A DNA stretch of 64,000 bases, taken from assembly GCA_963733035.1 (NCBI GenBank), contig CAVTBU010000007.1, positions 352,001 through 416,000 of the forward strand, read 5' to 3'. A model generated the notes under the pieces. The model was given only the letters and a program-made list of their open reading frames with translations. It was not told where the DNA came from and made no database searches. This document shows, piece after piece, positions 41,997 to 51,837 of the stretch (the first letter of the stretch is position 1; every line of letters starts with the position of its first letter). The DNA comes from Pirellulales bacterium (GTDB taxonomy: Bacteria; Planctomycetota; Planctomycetia; Pirellulales; PALSA-1355). The position numbers and the translations under genes are program-made.

Positions 41997-44396
41997 ATGG
42001 TAACCGTCCGCAAGGCGTTCAGCTATGTAGGGGCACGTCAAGTGGTGGCGATGTTTCACATCGTTGCCTCCTGGTTGGCGAGCTGGCGGGCTCGCGGAGG
42101 GCAGGCCCTACCGCAGTCGGAGCGGAGCGTGCCCGCCGGCGGCGCGTCGCCTGCCAGATTCCCATCTTCTGGCGATCTGTCCTCGAAGCAACCTCGAAGG
42201 TTCCATTCAGCTATTCGAGCTCAAGCGAACGCATCGCTGGCCCATGAGATTCAGTACGGCGAGATCGATGCCCATTCACACTCACGAGCTCACACGGCCG
42301 TTGAGGCCCTGGCCCAAAGGCTGGCTCGAGCTGTCGATCCCGATCCTGCACTTCGAGGATCCGATTTTGTTTTCTCCTCATGCCTTGGCGGGCGTGACGA
42401 GACGCGGTTGATAGGGCTGGCCTTTCAGAACCGCGGTCCACATCCAAGAGAGCAATTTGCGAGCGATGCCGACGGCGGCCGCTTTCTTGCCGGCGGAACG
42501 GCTCATCTTCAGCCACATCTTCTTGATACCGGGTTCGCAGCGGATGGCCGTCCAGGCGGCCTGCTGCAACACCCAACGCAAGTCGCGGGGTCCGGTCTTG
42601 GCGATGTGCCCTTCTCGTTGTTTGCCGCCGCTGGCGAAGACGCGCGGATGCAGTCCCGCATAGCAGGCGATCGCCTTGCGATAGGTGAAGCGACGGAAGT
42701 CGCCGACTTCGGCCAGGACTGTGGCGCTCACAATCAGGCCGACACCCGGGAAGGTTTGCAGCAGCGCGGCCGTGTCGCGGAATCGCTCGCTGGCGAGGAG
42801 GCGCCGCAACTCCATTTCGGCTTGGGCGATCTGCCGTTCGACGAGGGTCAACTGGTCGACGCACTTCCAAAGGATGGCCACATGTCGCTCGGACAGCTTT
42901 GTCTCGAAGGCCTTCAGGTAGCGAATCAAGCCATCACTCTGCAACCGCGCCGGCCCCGGACGGTTGTTGGCGTTCATGATGCTTTTGACCTGGTGCAGCA
43001 CACGAGCATGCAATCGCGAGAGCTGGTTGCGATGTCGCGTCTGGTCCTTGAGGATTTGTACTTCCAGGGGGGGTGCGTAGGCCAGCGGCAAGCGGCCGGC
43101 GGCCAGCAACTCGGCGACGTTTTGGGCGTCTTCCCGGTCGGTCTTCAGCCGTCGGCCGGCCAACGCCCGGGCGGCCGTGGCATCAGCCAAGACCAGCTTT
43201 TCGACGATCGGTTCCAGCAGGTCCCACAGCCAGCGGTAGAAGCCCACCGCCTCAATCGCGACGACTTGCGGCCGTGGCAGTGCGGCGAAGAACTCGGCAA
43301 TCTGCGCCCGACACTTACAAGCCAGTTTACGAAACGAGATTTCCCCACAACACGGACAGTAAACGCAAACGGTCAACGTGTCCTTGTGCAAATCGATGCC
43401 GACGCACCAATGGTGCGTGAGAGTTCCCATCCTCATAATCAGCCTCGCCATGTAGGGGTTTGGAATCAGCACCCAACGCGACGGCAGGATAACACCCGCC
43501 GCCGACCCCTACATGGTTTCACATTGGTTGAACTATTGGTCGTGATTGCCGTGATCGGCATCTTGGTGGGGCTGCTGTTGCCCGCGGTCCAGGCTGCCCG
43601 TGAAAGTGCGCGGCGGTCGCAGTGCCAAAACAACCTCCGCCAAATCGGCGTGGCAATGCAAAACGCGCACGGAGCCCGGGGTTCCTTTCCACCGGGATTT
43701 ATATCGCGGGCTCCGAACAAGAACGATGATGGCCTGGGGCCCGGCTGGGGTTGGGGCGCGCATTTGATGCCGTACATCGAAGAGGCAAATCTGCAAATCG
43801 ATCTGGCGCGCGAGATCATGGATCCCGTGCACGACCAGGTGCGCCAGACTCGCGTGGCCACCTATCTTTGCCCCTCGGATCCGGATCCGCCGCAAACGTT
43901 CTCGGTGGCGGATGACAGTGGCACCGAACTGACAAAAGTGGCTTTTGCCAATTATGTGGGTGTCGGCGGTACGTTCGAAGTCACGGAGTTTCCCGACACT
44001 GGCACGGGTGTCCTGTTTCGCAACCGGCGGATTCGCATCGCCGAGATCACGGACGGCACCTCCAGGACGCTAATGGTGGGCGAACGCAGCAGCCGTCGCT
44101 CGCCACAAACCACCTGGGTGGGAGCCGTCACCGGTTCGGCGATTCCACCGGTCAACCCGACGTACGATACCGAGGGGCCACCGGTGCTGGTGCTCACCAA
44201 CACCGGCGAGACCGAAGACGACCGCGTGCCGAACAATCTGCTTGACCACGTCGAGGACTCCAACAGCGAACATCCCGATGGCGTGAACTTCCTGCTCTGC
44301 GATGGATCGGTGCGAATCATCAACAACCAGATTGATCCACGCGTCTGGGCGGCACTGGGAACCCGGGCCGGCGGCGAGGAACTCGGCGAGTATTGA
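41997..44396 (+). CDS. DUF1559 prepilin-type protein (H-X9-DG), natively 299 aa, interrupted in frame by an IS1111-type element
   Basis: AGGGAGGT RBS; removing 42022-43521 gives [69 protein letters not shown]. Confidence 0.92.
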   Translation: MVTVRKAFSYVGARQVVAMFHIVASWLASWRARGGQALPQSERSVPAGGASPARFPSSGDLSSKQPRRFHSAIRAQANASLAHEIQYGEIDAHSHSRAHTAVEALAQRLARAVDPDPALRGSDFVFSSCLGGRDETRLIGLAFQNRGPHPREQFASDADGGRFLAGGTAHLQPHLLDTGFAADGRPGGLLQHPTQVAGSGLGDVPFSLFAAAGEDARMQSRIAGDRLAIGEATEVADFGQDCGAHNQADTREGLQQRGRVAESLAGEEAPQLHFGLGDLPFDEGQLVDALPKDGHMSLGQLCLEGLQVANQAITLQPRRPRTVVGVHDAFDLVQHTSMQSRELVAMSRLVLEDLYFQGGCVGQRQAAGGQQLGDVLGVFPVGLQPSAGQRPGGRGISQDQLFDDRFQQVPQPAVEAHRLNRDDLRPWQCGEELGNLRPTLTSQFTKRDFPTTRTVNANGQRVLVQIDADAPMVRESSHPHNQPRHVGVWNQHPTRRQDNTRRRPLHGFTLVELLVVIAVIGILVGLLLPAVQAARESARRSQCQNNLRQIGVAMQNAHGARGSFPPGFISRAPNKNDDGLGPGWGWGAHLMPYIEEANLQIDLAREIMDPVHDQVRQTRVATYLCPSDPDPPQTFSVADDSGTELTKVAFANYVGVGGTFEVTEFPDTGTGVLFRNRRIRIAEITDGTSRTLMVGERSSRRSPQTTWVGAVTGSAIPPVNPTYDTEGPPVLVLTNTGETEDDRVPNNLLDHVEDSNSEHPDGVNFLLCDGSVRIINNQIDPRVWAALGTRAGGEELGEY
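42034..42377 (-). ncRNA. Putative bridge/seekRNA region downstream of the IS1111 transposase (exact ends unknown)
   Basis: Two parallel modules UGAGCUCG(U/A)-guide-UGG; guides GAGUGUGAA (42283-75, target-like) and AUAGCUGAA (42214-06, equal to donor junction). Confidence 0.7.
42378..43436 (-). CDS. IS110 family DEDD transposase/recombinase
   Basis: VGIDLHK, IEA, KTDREDA, PGVG, YAGLHP...SGGK...[19 protein letters not shown] before 43436. Confidence 0.95.
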   Translation of the reverse strand: MRMGTLTHHWCVGIDLHKDTLTVCVYCPCCGEISFRKLACKCRAQIAEFFAALPRPQVVAIEAVGFYRWLWDLLEPIVEKLVLADATAARALAGRRLKTDREDAQNVAELLAAGRLPLAYAPPLEVQILKDQTRHRNQLSRLHARVLHQVKSIMNANNRPGPARLQSDGLIRYLKAFETKLSERHVAILWKCVDQLTLVERQIAQAEMELRRLLASERFRDTAALLQTFPGVGLIVSATVLAEVGDFRRFTYRKAIACYAGLHPRVFASGGKQREGHIAKTGPRDLRWVLQQAAWTAIRCEPGIKKMWLKMSRSAGKKAAAVGIARKLLSWMWTAVLKGQPYQPRLVTPAKA

Positions 44397-44601
44397 CGGC
44401 CGATGTTTGGCCGGGGCCACTCCTGACGTACGAAGTTTCGCACGTTTCACGCCGCCCAAGGGGCTTGGCCACTGGCTTGGCCGGCGCCGCGGGCGCGCTA
44501 TAATCCCATGTCTCGTCGTGGGCTGGTAGAATACGGCCAGAGCCTGCCGCGGCGTATGGCGTGCGTGTTTTCTGCCGAGTTATCCCCACGAAAATTGCCC
44601 G

Positions 44602-46015
44602 ATGACCACGACCACCAAACCCGCCACGCTGGCCGAGCTTCGTGCCAGCGGCTGGACTTCGAAATCCGTCAAGCAGGAAATCTACGACAACTTCATCCGC
44701 ATGCTTAGCCAGGGAGACGAGTTGTTCCCCGGCATCATCGGTTACGAAGACACAGTCATTCCCGAGATCAATCTGGCGCTGATTGCCCAGCACGATATGT
44801 TGTTCCTGGGCGAGAAAGGTCAAGGCAAGAGCCGGTTGATGCGCTCGCTGTCGCGGTTTCTAGACGACGAAATTCCTTACATCGACCTGGCCGAAGCCCC
44901 TCTGCACGACGATCCCTATCGGCCGATTACCAGCGCCTGCAAAGAACTGGTGGCGAGCGTTCCGGATGACGAAGTGCCCATTGCCTGGTGGCCGCACCGC
45001 CCGCTATGCCGAGCGGCTTGCGCCGGGCACCAAGTTCGCCGACATCATCGGCGAAATCGACCCCGCGAAGCTGGCCGGCGGCACCAGCATGTCGACCGAA
45101 GAGGCGTTGCACTTCGGTCTGATCCCGCGGATGCATCGCGGCATCTTCGCCATCAACGAGCTGCCCGAGTTGGACGAATTAGTGCAGGTCGGTCTGTTCA
45201 ATATCCTCGAAGAACGCGACGTGCAAATCCGTGGTTATCCGATCAACTTCGATATCGATGTTTTGATCCTGTTCTCGGCCAACCCGGCCACGTACAACCG
45301 TAGCGGCAAGGTGATTCCGCAGCTTAAGGATCGCATCGGTTCGATCATCCACACGCATTACCCGACGGAGCGAGAGCTGGGCATCCAGATCATGGAACAG
45401 GAAGCCGAGATTGATTTGGGAGGCGACTTCCCGGTGGTCGTGCCTTACTTCATGCGCGAGATCATCGAACAGATGAGCATCGCCGCGCGAAAGTCGAAGT
45501 ACATCGATCAGCAGTCGGGCGTCAGCGCACGCTTCAGCATCGCCAACTATCGCACGATGGTCGCCAGCGCCCGGCAGCGCAGAGCGCTGTTGGGCGAAAA
45601 GCCGGCTGTGCCGCGGATCAGCGACCTGGGGCACCTGTATAGCTCGTCGCTGGGCAAATTGGAGCTCGACATGATGGGCAGCCATCAGATGTCCGAGCGT
45701 CAGGTGCTCGACGCGATTATGGCCGAAGCCATTCGCACGGTGTTCGACGAATACGTCGACCGTCATGGCCTGGAAGAAGTTAGCGAGATCTTCTCGCAAG
45801 GCGTGAAGATCGAAGTCGGCGACATGCTTCCCTCGAGCCAGTATGCCGACCGGCTCACACGCGTCCCACCCGCCTGGGAAAAAGCCTTCGAGGTCAACGC
45901 CTCCAGCGATCCCGCGGTTCGCGCCTCGTGCGTCGAGTTCGTCCTGGCCGGCCTGTATGCCTCCGATCGCATCTCGCGCACCCAACAGCGAGGAAGAATC
46001 ATCTACGAGATTTAA
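44602..46015 (+). CDS. Mg-chelatase/MoxR-like AAA+ ATPase (2-nt frameshift near 44995, probably an error)
   Basis: Walker [34 protein letters not shown] in the second frame. Confidence 0.85.
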
Positions 46016-46086
46016 CGAGCATTCCGAAGTAGGAGCCAGCGAAGTCGTCGTCTTTCTCATCCTACAGCCTTCACCCTTCAGCCTTC

Positions 46087-47781
46087 ATGAAAAAGCCTCT
46101 CGGCGGCGTCATTCACACATACCAGCGTTACGATCCGGCGAAGCTGCCGAGCCCGACGCAGCCGCCGCCGGACCTCGTCTCGCCGGCTTTCGAACACATG
46201 CTGATGTACGGCAGTATGCGCGAATTGACCGATGAAGAACTGGCTCGGGCGATCAAGCTCGACCCGAGCCAGATTGCCGGCCTGGGGCCCAGCATCGAAG
46301 CGCTCAAGGCGATCCTCGAAGAACGCAAGCGAAAGATCCTGGCAAAATACGAGACCAAGGGAGTTGTGAAAGAGGCAGCCGACACTTATCAGGACTACGG
46401 CCAGGGCATGAAACCGCCGCGCAACCTCCGGCAGCGGTTTGCCGACAGTTTCAAGAACGAGCAAATCCGCGAGCTTGAGCGGCTGTGGTATCAAACCGGC
46501 GACGACCGCTCGCGCTTCGCGCGGCAACTCGTGCAATTGGCCGACCTGTTGGGAGACAAGTACCAGGTTGACGAACTGGCCGGCAAATATGACTTCACCG
46601 GCCGCACATCAATGAACGTGCCCCAGGCCCTGGCAATCAAGGAAGAGCTCGAAACAATCGACCGCTTGCTAAAACAACTCGAAGAAGCATCCAAGACGGC
46701 CCAAATCGCCGTCATCGATCTGGAGGAGTTGGCCGAGTTCACCGAGCCCGGAGAAGTCGAGAAACTCAACCAGCTGCAAAAGCAGGTCGAGGAGTTGATG
46801 CGGCAGATGGCCGAGCAGCAAGGGCTCGAGCGGGGTCCCGACGGATTTCACCTCACGCCGCAGGCCTACCGGCTGTTTCAGGGGCGATTGCTGGAGCGGA
46901 TCTTTGCCAACCTTGAGGCGGCCCGCAGCGGCCGGCACCAAGGTCCGATCGTCGGTGAGGGCGCCGTTGAAATGCAGCGCACCAAGCAGTATGAGTTCGG
47001 CGACTCGGTGGCGAATATGGACATGCCCGCCTCGCTGATCAACGCCATGGTGCGTTCCGGCGCGAACTTGCCGATCCGGTTGAAACAGGAAGATATTGAA
47101 ATCCATCGCACTCGCAACACGCCCAAGTGCGCCACCGTGGTGCTGATGGATATGAGCGGCTCGATGCGCTATGGCGGTATCTACGTGCAAGTCAAGCGAA
47201 TGGCACTCGCACTCGACGGGTTGATTCGACGCGAATACCCGGGCGACTTCCTGCAATTCATTGACATGCATACCTTCGCCAAGCCTGTCCGCTCCGCGGA
47301 TATCGCAGCGCTGATGCCCAAGCCCGTGACGGTGTTCGACCCGATCGTGCGACTGCGGGCCGACATGAGCCGCGAGGATATGAGTGAGTACTACATTCCG
47401 CCGCACTTCACCAATATCCAACACGCCCTGCAGCAAGGCCGACGATTCTTGGCGACGCAAGATACGCCGAATCGGCAAATTATTCTAATTACTGATGGAC
47501 TGCCGACAGCCCACTTTGATGGCCCACACCTGCACATGATCTACCCGCCGCATCGCAGCACCGAAGATGCCACGATGCGCGAAGGAGCACTTTGCCAACG
47601 AGACGGGATCACGATCAATATTTTTCTCTTACCCAGTTGGTCGCAGTCGAGCGAGGATGTACAGTTTGCGTATCGGCTGGCCGAGAGCACCAAGGGACGG
47701 GTATTCTTCACGGCCGGGCGCGACTTGGATCGCTACGTCGTGTGGGACTACCTTAATCGACGCCGCGATATCATTTCCTAA
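46087..47781 (+). CDS. vWA-domain protein, partner of the AAA+ ATPase
   Basis: MIDAS DMSGSM, TNIQHAL, LITDGLPT. Confidence 0.88.
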   Translation: MKKPLGGVIHTYQRYDPAKLPSPTQPPPDLVSPAFEHMLMYGSMRELTDEELARAIKLDPSQIAGLGPSIEALKAILEERKRKILAKYETKGVVKEAADTYQDYGQGMKPPRNLRQRFADSFKNEQIRELERLWYQTGDDRSRFARQLVQLADLLGDKYQVDELAGKYDFTGRTSMNVPQALAIKEELETIDRLLKQLEEASKTAQIAVIDLEELAEFTEPGEVEKLNQLQKQVEELMRQMAEQQGLERGPDGFHLTPQAYRLFQGRLLERIFANLEAARSGRHQGPIVGEGAVEMQRTKQYEFGDSVANMDMPASLINAMVRSGANLPIRLKQEDIEIHRTRNTPKCATVVLMDMSGSMRYGGIYVQVKRMALALDGLIRREYPGDFLQFIDMHTFAKPVRSADIAALMPKPVTVFDPIVRLRADMSREDMSEYYIPPHFTNIQHALQQGRRFLATQDTPNRQIILITDGLPTAHFDGPHLHMIYPPHRSTEDATMREGALCQRDGITINIFLLPSWSQSSEDVQFAYRLAESTKGRVFFTAGRDLDRYVVWDYLNRRRDIIS

Positions 47782-47814
47782 TTCCTCACAGCGGCAAGCT
47801 TCGTCGGCGGGAAC

Positions 47815-48888
47815 ATGACTGAATTGCCTCAGGCAATGATCTACGGTGCCAACGGCTACACGGGCCGGCTGATCGCTCGCCGCGCCGTCGAGCAGGGTCT
47901 GAAGCCCACATTGGCCGGGCGAAATTCCGAGGCCGTGAAAGCCCTGGCGGCAGAACTCGGCCTGCCGTCGATAGGCTTTAGCCTGCAACAGCCGGCGCAA
48001 ATCGCCGAATATCTAAAGGGATTCGCGGCCGTGATGCACTGTGCGGGTCCGTTCTCGCAGACCGCGCGGCAGATGATGGATGCCTGTATCGCCAGCGGCA
48101 CCGACTATCTGGACATCACCGGTGAGATCGACGTCATTTTGGCCGGCGTGCAGCGGAGCGAGCGAGCGCAGGGGGCGGGAGTGGCCCTGATGCCGGCCGT
48201 CGGTTTCGACGTTGTGCCTAGCGATTGCCTGGCCGCGCTGCTCGCTGACAAGCTGCCCGAAGCCAAGGTGCTGCAACTGGCGTTCGCCGGTACCGGCGGA
48301 CTGAGCGCGGGTACCGCCAAAACGATGTTCGAATCGCTGCCACACGGAGGCAAAGTGCGCATCGACGGCGAAATTCGCGACGTGCCGACCGCTTGGAAGA
48401 CCATGGAAATTCCCTTTCGCGACGGCAAGCGATTCTGCATGACGATCCCATGGGGTGACGTGGCCAGCGCCTATTACTCCACTGGTATCCCGAACATCGA
48501 AGTTTACACGGCCGCGTCGCGCAAACAGGTATCGCGAATTCGCAAGTTTCGCTTTCTATTGCCGCTGCTGGGGTTTGGCCCGATACAGCATTTCGCCCAG
48601 CGTCGCATTGGCAAGACGGTCAAGGGGCCCTCAGACGAAATGCGACAGAACACGCAGTCGTCGCTCTGGGGCCGCGTGAGCGACGACCACGGCAACAGCG
48701 TTTCGGCGACGCTGCAAACCCTCAGCGGTTACGAACTGACGGCGGTCACCGCCGTGGCCGCCCTGCAAAAGACGCTGGCACGGGAGGTGCCTCGAGGTTT
48801 TTCGACCGCGTCCCAGGCCTTCGGCAAGGAATTCATCCTCAGCTTTCCGAAGACGGACATTGTCTTCGAGCAATCTGTCGCCGGGTGA
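47815..48888 (+). CDS. Saccharopine dehydrogenase-like NAD(P)-binding oxidoreductase
   Basis: IYGANGYTG, LAGRN, HCAGPF, YLDITGE, GFDVVPSD. Confidence 0.88.
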   Translation: MTELPQAMIYGANGYTGRLIARRAVEQGLKPTLAGRNSEAVKALAAELGLPSIGFSLQQPAQIAEYLKGFAAVMHCAGPFSQTARQMMDACIASGTDYLDITGEIDVILAGVQRSERAQGAGVALMPAVGFDVVPSDCLAALLADKLPEAKVLQLAFAGTGGLSAGTAKTMFESLPHGGKVRIDGEIRDVPTAWKTMEIPFRDGKRFCMTIPWGDVASAYYSTGIPNIEVYTAASRKQVSRIRKFRFLLPLLGFGPIQHFAQRRIGKTVKGPSDEMRQNTQSSLWGRVSDDHGNSVSATLQTLSGYELTAVTAVAALQKTLAREVPRGFSTASQAFGKEFILSFPKTDIVFEQSVAG

Positions 48889-48908
48889 CCGCTGACGTAG
48901 GGCAGCGC

Positions 48909-49148
48909 CTAACGTGATGCGTCGCCTGGCGGCGGTCCTAGGGAGTTGATTCCCAATGCGAGCAGCAGGCACAACAGATCGATCGCCCAAGCGACGCCGG
49001 TGCCCAGCGCAACGCGATCAACTGCCGCCGCGCCGACCGCGTCTTGCATGGCAGAAAGCAGGCGTCCCACGGCCAGTTCCACCACGATCGCCAGTGGCAA
49101 AACACAGCCTGTCGCAACCAAAATCGTCATCACGCGTGGAGAAATCAC
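48909..49148 (-). CDS. Small 2-TM membrane protein
   Basis: Two hydrophobic segments, fills the gap between neighbouring genes. Confidence 0.5.
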   Translation of the reverse strand: MISPRVMTILVATGCVLPLAIVVELAVGRLLSAMQDAVGAAAVDRVALGTGVAWAIDLLCLLLALGINSLGPPPGDASR

Positions 49149-49395
49149 GGTGGCCGCCCGAAGGTCTAGTTTTCCTAGTTTTCCCAGTTATGCGAGCTGC
49201 CTGCCGAAGTGTCAATCCCGCCGACGCCACCCCGGTTTGTTGACTCGCAGGCGGTGGTGAACACAATAAAACGTTAGGGAAGAGCGCGGACCTCTGACGG
49301 ACATGCGGAACTCCTCCGTGGCTCGCAGGGGCAACACCCGTCCGGCGGCACCAACCGGGGCCAGCCGGCGTAGCGAATTTCGTACGGAACCTCTC

Positions 49396-51749
49396 ATGAG
49401 CCGACCAGGCCTGGCGCGGTGGTTATCTTTTGTGGCGGTGCTGCTGGTGTGCTCCTGCGGAGCCGCTTCGCTGCACGCGTCGACGATCATTCTCAAGGAT
49501 GGTCGCCGCTTGCAAGGTCGTCTCGGCAAGACCACCGGCCTGGCCGCCAACCCCCAGAACAACGCGGCTGGCGCGCCGCCCACGATCACCCTGGTCGACG
49601 ATGATCTCCGCCGCGTATTTATTCCAACGTTTCAGATTCAGGCCGTCGACGAAATCAACGCCGGCGAGATCCCCGAGCGGGTTCACATTCACCAGCGCAC
49701 GGCCACGGGGGGCGGCCGCGTCAATCGCGTCGGACAAATCGTCAAGATGACCCCGTTCGACGAATACGGCCGCCGTGTCGTCACGATGATGACCAACAAG
49801 GACAAGCTCGACGTGATTCAGGGAATTACGCTGATCACGCCCCACTGGACGAAAGTCGAAGGGCTGCAAACCAGCAAATTGACACCACTCGTCTGGGACA
49901 TGCGAATTGCCACCAGTTCAATTCCGCGCGATACGCTGCACGCGATCCTCGTCAACAACACCACGCGCAAGAATCTCGAACAGCGTTTGCGCGTCGTGCG
50001 TCTCTTCCTGCAGGCCGAGCGCTATCAGGATGCACGGCAGGAATTGGAAGGCGTGCTGGCGGACTTTCCAGATCAGGAACAACTCAAGCAGGAAGTGCAG
50101 GCTCTCCAGCAACTGCACGCCCGCAACATCGTCAAGGAAATCGAGCGTCGCCGTCAGGCCGGACAGCACATCCTGGCATATAACCTGCTCCAGGAGTTTC
50201 CCACCGACAACGTCGCCGGCGAAACGCTGCAGCAAGTCCGCGAGATGCTCACGCGCTACCAGGAAATCATTGCCCAGCGGGCGCGCGTGGTAAAGGAACT
50301 TGCCGAAAACACGGCCGCCCTGCCGCCCGGCGACCAGCGTAAACGCTGCGAAACGCTCAACAAGGAACTCGACGCCGAGATGAGTATGGCGAACTTCGAT
50401 CGTCTGGCGGCGTACCTCCGCTTGAGCGACGACAAGAGCCTGAGCGCCGAACAAAAACTCTCGCTGGCCTACAGCGGTTGGCTGCTGGGGAGCGATTCGG
50501 CGGACACGAACCTGATCGTGTCATTATCGCTGGCCGAAGCCCGCGACTTGATTTTGCAGTACATGAACGAGCCCGTGCTGCTGAAGCGCAACGAGATCGA
50601 GCAAAAGCTGCGCGTGCTCGAGGGGGCGGCGGTGCCGCTGATCGCGAAACTGATCGCGCACATGAAACCGCCGCTGGCTACGCCTGCGCCGTCGGTCGAA
50701 ACCCCCCGACTTTACAAGTTGCAAGTGCCGATCGGCATCGACCGCGAGGCCGACGTGACCTATCACGTGCAATTGCCCCCGGAATACGACCCCTATCGTC
50801 GCTATCCGACGATTGTCACGCTCAACGGCACCGGCACGACGCCCGAGAACCAGCTTGACTGGTGGGCCGGCGCGTCCGACGGCAATGGCAATCGATTGGG
50901 GCAGGGCACTCGATACGGCTACATCGTGATCGCGGTCGACTGGCTCAAGGAAGGGCAGCAGGAATATGGCTTTTCCGCCCGTGAACACGCGGCCGTGCTG
51001 GCGGCCTTGCGCGACGCCTGCCGGCGATTTTCCGTCGACACCGATCGGGTCTTCCTCACCGGGCATTCCGTGGGTGGTGATGCCGCCTGGGACATTGGTC
51101 TTGCGCATCCCGATCTGTGGGCCGGGGTGATTCCCATCGTGGCGGAGTCCAAAAAATACTGCTCACACTATTGGCAAAACGCCGCGATGCTGCCGTTTTA
51201 CGTCGTGCAAGGTGAACTGGACGGCGACAAGGTGAAAGATAACGCCCAGGACCTCGACCGCTACATGATTCATCGCTACGACGTGACGGTCGTCGAGTAT
51301 CAGGGCCGCGGCCACGAGGATTTCTATGAAGAGATCCAAAACCTCTTCGACTGGATGGAGCGCCGTCTGACCCGCAACTTCTTCCCCAAGGAATTCGAAG
51401 TCTCGACGATGCGCACCTGGGACAACTACTTCTGGTGGCTGGAGGTGAACGATCTACCGCCACGCTCGATCGTGGAACCAAGTAACTGGCCGCCCAAGCG
51501 CGGTACCGCGCCGCCGAACTGAGGGGCAAGGTGCTGGCCAGCGGCGACATCGTGATTCCCAATACCGGCATTCAGGTGGGCATCTGGCTCTCGCCCGAGA
51601 TCCTCAATCCCGGACGCGACAAGATCGACGTCACGATCGGGGGGCGCAGGCACGTTATCAACACGCAGCCGAACCTCAGCGTGCTGTTGGACGACGTCCG
51701 GACGCGCGGCGACCGCGTACACCCGTTTTGGGCCAAGTGGCAGCAGTAG
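49396..51749 (+). CDS. Large secreted alpha/beta hydrolase (peptidase/esterase-like); frameshift near 51508
   Basis: Signal peptide; YHVQLPPEYDP, RVFLTGHSVGG, GELD, GRGHE; tail LLDDVRTRGDRVHPFWA in next frame. Confidence 0.8.
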
Positions 51750-51837
51750 CCGCCGCTGCAGTCGCCCGTCTTCGATGCGCGGTCTCAATGTCGGACGCGC
51801 TTCCTGCCTTGTCGGCACGGCGCTTCGTTCGAAGCCG

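Larger units (their letters stand above)
42022..43521 (-). mobile_element. IS110 family, IS1111 group element, 1500 bp
   Basis: Subterminal IR ATGTAGGGG (42025-33) / CCCCTACAT (43506-14), 3 and 7 nt from the ends; shared TTCA at both junctions; internal IR copy 43449-59. Confidence 0.9.

Noticed and set aside
42043..42067. Hairpin containing GTTTCACAT, identical to the IS/target junction at 43516-43524, as a third guide
   Set aside because: It lacks the shared module context and most of it is paired in a stem; a single 9-nt match could be chance.
41997..44396. 799-aa ORF as a novel multidomain protein
   Set aside because: 500 codons are the antisense of an IS; the native gene is a 299-aa DUF1559 protein. 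Read-through is kept only as a hypothesis.
44602..47781. AAA+/vWA pair as a new system
   Set aside because: A common, already recognised gene pair with no unusual partner here.
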